Assembly: GCA_047651235.1 (NCBI GenBank)
Contig: CP178758.1
Coordinates: forward strand, 840,001 to 872,000
Length of the DNA stretch: 32,000 nt
Origin: Candidatus Electrothrix yaqonensis
GTDB lineage: Bacteria > Desulfobacterota > Desulfobulbia > Desulfobulbales > Desulfobulbaceae
Reading direction: 5' to 3'
This document shows positions 26,065 through 32,000 of this stretch, piece after piece. A program made the position numbers and the translations under genes. Under the pieces are notes generated by a model, which worked only from the letters and a program-made list of their open reading frames with translations, searched no databases and was not told where the DNA came from. The first letter of the stretch is position 1. Each line of letters starts with the position of its first letter.

Positions 26065-26526
26065 TTATTGATTATATTTATTTTTCAAAATTTCAACCAG
26101 GCTTCTGAAGCCTACGTAATAGCTTTCTTCTTTCAGTCCGGTCACACGGTCGATGCGCACATCATCAAGCACATTGATAGTCTTATTGATTCCTGTTTTA
26201 TCAATATTGGACATATGCACTTCCATAACAGGCTTGCCGAGGTCCACCAGGGCCTGGCGAAAGCTGTATGCGTATCGTATTAAAGCTCCCGGATTGACGA
26301 GAACTCCGTGTGCACTTCGCGACAGGTCGCTTTGCAGATAATCAATAATCCCCCCTTCATGATTAGATTGGAAAAAGTCAACCTGCACATCCAGCTGTTC
26401 TGCCAGCCGGGACAGTTCCCGGTTGATTTCTTCCATAGTGATGGACCCGTATTTTGACTCATCCCTTTTTCCTAACAGATTGAGGTTAGGACCATGTAGC
26501 ACAATGATTTTAATTTGATGCTCCAT
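26065..26526 (-). CDS. aroQ: Type II 3-dehydroquinate dehydratase-like protein (central catalytic motifs substituted)
   Basis: 153 aa. HGPNLNLLGKRDESKYG, FFQSNHEGGIIDY, VNPGA and MEVHMSN match AroQ. The usual (S/T)HTS and AREEFR..S motifs read IRYA and KTGINKTIN. Confidence 0.65.
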   Translation of the reverse strand: MEHQIKIIVLHGPNLNLLGKRDESKYGSITMEEINRELSRLAEQLDVQVDFFQSNHEGGIIDYLQSDLSRSAHGVLVNPGALIRYAYSFRQALVDLGKPVMEVHMSNIDKTGINKTINVLDDVRIDRVTGLKEESYYVGFRSLVEILKNKYNQ

Positions 26527-26571
26527 TTTTATTGAATTCCTTCCTTGTTGCCTTGTTGTAACGGGGTGAAC

Positions 26572-26856
26572 TTATTTGAGTGTCAGAAAAAATCGGTATA
26601 TTATCACAGATCGGGCAGGAGATATAGTCAAATGTGGCGTTTGAAAAAATAGCCGTCTATGTTGTCCGTAATTATATTTAAAATCCGTATAGTTATTTGA
26701 TTGACGCTGCAGCTCTTCCTCCACTGCGTCCGCGATTAACTTCCCGGCACCGGTATGCAGTAATCCGGCCAACGGATCGAGCAAACTTTCTTCTGGATTT
26801 TTCAGATCAATAATTTTATCTTGAGTCGTGGCTTTCTTCAACGTGACGGTTGCCAA
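26572..26856 (-). pseudogene. IS256 (Mutator)-family transposase N-terminal fragment
   Basis: ATVTLKKATTQDKIIDLKNPEESLLDPLAGLLHTGAGKLIADAVEEELQ matches the conserved N-terminal region of IS256-type transposases (DPL..LLR.GAR.L...A.E.E...). There is no DDE domain or IS ends. It is cut on both sides. Confidence 0.5.
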
Positions 26857-26858
26857 CG

Positions 26859-27020
26859 TGCCGGATCCTTCGCTACATCGCGACCTATGAGGATCATCGG
26901 ATCGCCATGTGTTTTGCCGTGGCCGGGCTGGGGGTTCCGGGGGTGAAGATCCACGGCGAGGGCTGCGTGGCCAAGTCTTTTCCTGATTTTTGGGAGTGGT
27001 TTGAGGGGATGGTGAAGTAG
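26859..27020 (+). pseudogene. aroA: 3' remnant (~50 codons) of a second, high-GC EPSP synthase gene (native aroA)
   Basis: ..RILRYIATYEDHRIAMCFAVAGLGVPGVKIHGEGCVAKSFPDFWEWFEGMVK* is the canonical EPSPS C-terminus (Y.DHR.AM, C..K.FP.F). Nothing homologous lies upstream of ~26850, where it abuts the IS256 fragment. One 60-nt line here counts ~63% GC. Confidence 0.8.
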
Positions 27021-27042
27021 AGGGCCGGGGGGATTTGAGGGC

Positions 27043-27167
27043 TTAACTAACCCAAGTTGCTACCTATGAACCCAACATGCTGTTTTTTCGTTCGGGTAAT
27101 TTTTCAGGCGTACTGTAACTGTCTGATCTGCTGTCACCACGTTGTAGGTGGCAACTTGAGTTAACTA
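27043..27167. repeat. Imperfect inverted repeat pair flanking ~80 bp between the aroA remnant and the R-M module
   Basis: The left arm TTAACTAACCCAAGTTGCTACCT (27043-27065) faces a right arm whose reverse complement (27146-27167) is TAGTTAACTCAAGTTGCCACCT. The core CAAGTTGC(T/C)ACCT is 12/13 identical, and both arms carry TTAACT. Confidence 0.35.
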
Positions 27168-27197
27168 ATATTTTAAATTGGCTAAAAAATACGCCTT

Positions 27198-27788
27198 ATG
27201 GCCTTAAATCGGATACCTGCTGAAATACGAAAGCGGTACGAAATCCATGAATGGAAACATGCCAGTGCCATTCTCCACAGCGATTTCCCTGAAGAATGGG
27301 CGGACATAATGGACGTGTTGACGGAGTTTCGCCTGTACAAAAGCTGGATCACGAAGCGCGGGGGCAGTAAATCTAAAATATCCGGTTTCATAGATGAGTT
27401 TCTGTATCAGAGAGGCTGGCTGGAAAAAGACTTTTCAACCCAAGTCGTTGTTGATGATCAGATCATGGAAACTCCGACTCATAAGATTGACTGCTACAAA
27501 AACCGCATTGCTTTGGAGATAGAGTGGAACAATAAGGATCCGTTCTTTGATCGGGATCTCAATAATTTCCGTTTGCTTTTTGATCTTCGGGCTATCAGTG
27601 TCGGCATAATCATCACACGATGTGATGATCTGCAGGACATCTTTAATGATCTCGGCAGGGGGCAATCTTTCGGAGCATCCACCACACATATGAGCAAATT
27701 ATTGCCGAGGATTGAAGGAGGAGGCGGGGCCGGTTGCCCGTTGCTTGTTTTCGGTATTTCCAAAAGTCTCTACATAGAGGATGAATAA
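27198..27788 (+). CDS. Type II restriction endonuclease, BglII/BamHI-fold-like
   Basis: 196 aa. KNRIALEIEWNNKDPFFDRDLNNFRLLFDLRAISVGIIITR resembles the catalytic E-x-E/-F-x-N block and following strand of BglII/BstYI/BamHI-type enzymes. A DNA methyltransferase gene starts 2 bp downstream. Confidence 0.55.
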   Translation: MALNRIPAEIRKRYEIHEWKHASAILHSDFPEEWADIMDVLTEFRLYKSWITKRGGSKSKISGFIDEFLYQRGWLEKDFSTQVVVDDQIMETPTHKIDCYKNRIALEIEWNNKDPFFDRDLNNFRLLFDLRAISVGIIITRCDDLQDIFNDLGRGQSFGASTTHMSKLLPRIEGGGGAGCPLLVFGISKSLYIEDE

Positions 27789-27790
27789 GT

Positions 27791-28444
27791 ATGTCAGAAA
27801 TATCAGCTAACGATGACCTGCTGGCCTTTGCCGGAAAAAATAAGTTCTCTACAATACTTGCTGATCCACCTTGGCAGTTCCAGAACCGTACCGGAAAAAT
27901 GGCACCTGAACATAAAAGGCTGTCCCGTTACCCGACCATGACAATCAGTGAAATCTGTGAGCTTCCCGTAAAGGCAATCGCTAACGAGACTGCTCACTTG
28001 TATTTATGGGTACCGAATGCTCTGTTGGCTGACGGTCTGAAAGTTATGGAGCATTGGGGTTTTACCTATAAAACAAATCTAATCTGGTACAAAATTAGAA
28101 AAGACGGAGGCCCGGACCGTCGGGGAGTAGGCTTTTATTTTCGCAATGTCACAGAAATTATTCTGTTCGGCGTCAGAGGAAAAAACGCCCGTACCCTCCA
28201 ACCCGGCCGCAGCCAGGAAAATATCATATCTGCCAGAAAAAGAGAGCATAGCCGAAAACCGGATGAGCAATATGATATAATTGAAACCTGCAGTCGGGGA
28301 CCGTTTTTGGAAATGTTCGCGCGAGGCCCCCGAACAGGCTGGGCTTCCTGGGGAAATCAGGCGGAACAATATTCCCCGGACTGGGCAACCTATAAAAATC
28401 ATTCTCAGTCAAAAGTCATTCCCTTACAACTGGCTCTTGGCTGA
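27791..28444 (+). CDS. MT-A70-family DNA N6-adenine methyltransferase
   Basis: 217 aa with ILADPPWQF (DPPW catalytic motif), YPTMTISEI, HLYLWVPN, WGFTY, the EHSRKPDE pattern and LEMFARG..GW..WGNQ. This is the full MT-A70 pattern. Confidence 0.85.
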   Translation: MSEISANDDLLAFAGKNKFSTILADPPWQFQNRTGKMAPEHKRLSRYPTMTISEICELPVKAIANETAHLYLWVPNALLADGLKVMEHWGFTYKTNLIWYKIRKDGGPDRRGVGFYFRNVTEIILFGVRGKNARTLQPGRSQENIISARKREHSRKPDEQYDIIETCSRGPFLEMFARGPRTGWASWGNQAEQYSPDWATYKNHSQSKVIPLQLALG

Positions 28445-28605
28445 AATCGTCCCGCAAGCCAATGCATTGAACATCCGCAGGCACGTTTTCCGGGGATGCC
28501 GGAACGGGTAAGGAAAAAGAAAAATCCGGTGCCTCTGCGCACGGAATCTGGTATATATTTTTGAATGGATTTAACCAATAAAAAACAGAGAAGGAGAAGA
28601 GCGTT

Positions 28606-28935
28606 ATGGCAAGTGAACATGTCATTGAAGTGAGTGACGGTGATTTTGAAACGACTGTGGAGCAGAGCGAACTGCCCTGTCTGGTTGACTTCTGGGCCCC
28701 GTGGTGCGGACCCTGCAAGGCTATCGGCCCGGTGATTGAGGAGCTGGCTGAAGAGTTTGCCGGCAAGGTGCAGATCGCCAAGATGAATGTGGACAACAGC
28801 CCGGCCACTCCGGGGAAATTCGGCATCAAGGCCATTCCGACCCTGATCCTGTTTAAAAACGGGGAAGCGGTTGACCGGCTCACTGGTGCTGCAGGCAAGG
28901 CCCAGCTCAAGGACCTGATCAGTAAAGTTATCTGA
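28606..28935 (+). CDS. trxA: Thioredoxin
   Basis: 109 aa with LVDFWAPWCGPCK (CGPC active site) and GIKAIPTLILFKNGE. SD AAGGAGAAG is present. Confidence 0.95.
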   Translation: MASEHVIEVSDGDFETTVEQSELPCLVDFWAPWCGPCKAIGPVIEELAEEFAGKVQIAKMNVDNSPATPGKFGIKAIPTLILFKNGEAVDRLTGAAGKAQLKDLISKVI

Positions 28936-28950
28936 GAGGGCGGCTAAGAG

Positions 28951-29025
28951 CAGGGAACTGAACAAAGCGTCTTTTCTGTTCACTGTTCAGCTCCCTGCCC
29001 GCTGATATTTTTCTTTTTATTTTCA
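28951..29025 (+). terminator. Hairpin plus T-rich tract downstream of trxA
   Basis: CAGGGAACTGAACA (28951-28964) pairs with TGTTCAGCTCCCTG (28984-28997), a 14-bp stem with 1 mismatch. ..GATATTTTTCTTTTTATTTT follows. Confidence 0.55.
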
Positions 29026-29068
29026 AAGCATGCCTGTTTTTGGCCATTTTTTTTGCAGAACAATACTC

Positions 29069-30013
29069 ATGAAGAAAGCAGATTATCAGCTGATCATTGT
29101 CGGCGGCGGCCCGACCGGCCTGACAGCCGGTATGTACGCAGCACGGGGCCGCCTCAAAACCTTGCTCATTGAAAAAGGCGCAACCGGGGGCCAGGTTATG
29201 CAGACTGACTGGGTGGATAACTATCCCGGTTTTTCCGACGGGATCAGCGGTTTTGATCTGGTTGAGAAAATGACCGCCCACGCCGAGCGGTTCGGTCTGG
29301 AAACCAGATTTGCCGCTGTCGCGTCAATGGATCTGCAGGGCGGACAAAAAAAGATCACTTTGGAATCAGGCGAGGAGCTGACCGCCCAGACTGTCCTCAT
29401 CTGCACTGGAGCCAAGCCGAGCAAACTGGGAGTTCCCGGAGAAGAGGAGCTGCAGGGCAGGGGAGTATCCTACTGCGCCACCTGTGACGCGCCTTTTTAT
29501 CGGGATCAGGAAATTGCCGTGGTGGGCGGCGGCAACACGGCAATTCAGGAAGCCCTGCACTTGACTAAGTTCGCCGCAAAGGTGACCGTGATTCACCGGC
29601 GGGATACCCTGCGGGCCACGGCAATCCTGCAGGAAAAAGCCTTTGCCGAAGAAAAAATCGAGTTTATCTGGGATGCGCAGGTTGCGGAGATCATCGGCAA
29701 CGAGGAAAGCGTAACCTCGCTGCATATCCGGCATAACAACGGTTCGACCTCAAGACTTGACGTAACCGGGATTTTTGTGCTGATCGGTGTGGTGCCGAAT
29801 AATGATATGCTGCCCACAGACCAGCTGGAGATGGATGAGGCTGGCTTTGTGGTCACGGATCACGAAATGTGCACCCGGCTTGCTGGCGTTTACGCAGCCG
29901 GAGATATCCGCAGCAAAAATTTCCGCCAGATCGTCAATGCTGCCGGGGAAGGGGCAACAGCCGAGCTTTCTGCTGAGCATTATCTCAGCAACTTGGCAGA
30001 CAGTACAGACTGA
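29069..30013 (+). CDS. trxB: Thioredoxin-disulfide reductase
   Basis: Start at MKKADYQLIIVGGGPTGLTAG (FAD GxGxxG). It has the redox CATCDA, the NADPH site VVGGGNTAIQEA and YAAGDI. The tracked start at 29030 adds 13 residues without an SD. Confidence 0.92.
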   Translation: MKKADYQLIIVGGGPTGLTAGMYAARGRLKTLLIEKGATGGQVMQTDWVDNYPGFSDGISGFDLVEKMTAHAERFGLETRFAAVASMDLQGGQKKITLESGEELTAQTVLICTGAKPSKLGVPGEEELQGRGVSYCATCDAPFYRDQEIAVVGGGNTAIQEALHLTKFAAKVTVIHRRDTLRATAILQEKAFAEEKIEFIWDAQVAEIIGNEESVTSLHIRHNNGSTSRLDVTGIFVLIGVVPNNDMLPTDQLEMDEAGFVVTDHEMCTRLAGVYAAGDIRSKNFRQIVNAAGEGATAELSAEHYLSNLADSTD

Positions 30014-30049
30014 ATACGGACTGAAGCGGTCCCGCCCGATACTTCCGCC

Positions 30050-30643
30050 TCATGAATGTGATATATCCTCGTTTTTCGGCTGGTTCTGCTCTGCCTGTTC
30101 CTTTGCCTGTGTCAGCCTGACAACACTCCAGATTGTACAACCGATGCCGGTGAATCCGGCAACAACGGACAGGGCGATGCTGCCGCAAATCTGTTTCAGC
30201 ATCTCGAAAAACACCGCGCGGGAAAACGAAAACACGCCCTGGTCACTTTCCCCGGTGATATCAAGGGCAATTCTGCACGGCTTCTGCACCTCAATATAGC
30301 CGATACTGCGTTTTGCGCTGCTTCCGCTGCTCATGGATATTGAGGAGGACGCGATAAAGGCAAACGGTTCCCCGGTTTCTGCATTGGTAAAGCGGATATT
30401 CATGCCGTCCGGCAGCTCCTCGGAGCGGTTGTAGCTCCTGCCGTCAAAGACTGTCTGGTAATTGTTCCATAAATAATATCGTCCCGGTTCTTTGACAGCA
30501 ACCTGTATGCTTCCGGGAACTATGAACTGTTCGTTCACAGAATCACCCAGAAAAAGGGGCACGATGATTATCAGGGGAATGACAACTCCGCCGAGAACAA
30601 ACAGGCTGACTCCGACAATGATGGTTTTTACGCCGCGTTTCAT
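30050..30643 (-). CDS. Hypothetical membrane protein (TM helices near both termini)
   Basis: Likely start is MKRGVKTIIVGVSLFVLGGVVIPLIIIVPLF at 30643, with a second TM GSIALSVVAGFTGIGCTIWSVV. The tracked ORF extends to 31012 but that part overlaps the tautomerase and ligA genes on the other strand. I recognise no family. Confidence 0.5.
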   Translation of the reverse strand: MKRGVKTIIVGVSLFVLGGVVIPLIIIVPLFLGDSVNEQFIVPGSIQVAVKEPGRYYLWNNYQTVFDGRSYNRSEELPDGMNIRFTNAETGEPFAFIASSSISMSSGSSAKRSIGYIEVQKPCRIALDITGESDQGVFSFSRAVFFEMLKQICGSIALSVVAGFTGIGCTIWSVVRLTQAKEQAEQNQPKNEDISHS

Positions 30644-30754
30644 AGGCCCGAACCTTGATTCAATGATGGATGATTGGCATATAAGAGAATTGTATATCCT
30701 GAATGCTCTGGCAGCAAAGGGATTCAGTATAAAAAACAGAACAGGAGAAGAACA

Positions 30755-32000
<1,246 letters not shown>

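Noticed and set aside
28405-28983. 192-aa (and overlapping 164-aa) minus-strand ORFs
   Set aside because: They are antisense to trxA and to the 3' end of the methyltransferase gene. Thioredoxin on the plus strand is unambiguous.

Overview
The window looks like an anaerobic, probably Desulfobacterota (Desulfobulbales-like) chromosome. I infer this from a group-II nifH-nifI1-nifI2-nifD-nifK operon, pyrG-kdsA-kdsC-lptC synteny and overall gene content. Left third: LPS housekeeping genes, then IS and toxin debris (ISAzo13 remnant, HipA-like fragment, MITE-like element, vapBC). Next comes the nitrogenase structural operon on the minus strand, with a sigma-54 promoter, a NifA-type UAS and three REP-like palindromes. 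A cobalamin riboswitch drives a stand-alone pterin-binding (MeTr/DHPS-fold) gene, and ispA follows. From ~13.1 to ~26.9 kb lies a lower-GC, IS-riddled mosaic. It holds frameshifted ISAs1 and IS5-like elements, IS200 and IS256 remnants, two ~82%-identical divergent chorismate-synthase paralogues, a cupin and an aroQ-aroA-aroK-aroE operon. Wedged between the aro genes is a three-gene cassette: Trypco1, a trypsin-TIR fusion, and a STAND (NB-ARC-like)-TPR NTPase. I rate this cassette the most interesting candidate, as an experimentally uncharacterised NTP-dependent conflict or anti-phage system. The mosaic ends at a decapitated high-GC native aroA 3' remnant. Right end: a BglII-like REase with an MT-A70 MTase, trxA-trxB, a membrane protein, a 4-OT-family tautomerase and the 5' part of ligA. 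Two fragments of one methyltransferase gene lie on opposite strands (3.16-3.46 kb and 13.06-13.14 kb), which suggests an old ~9.7 kb inversion carrying the nif operon. All family assignments come from motif recognition by eye; no database search was possible.
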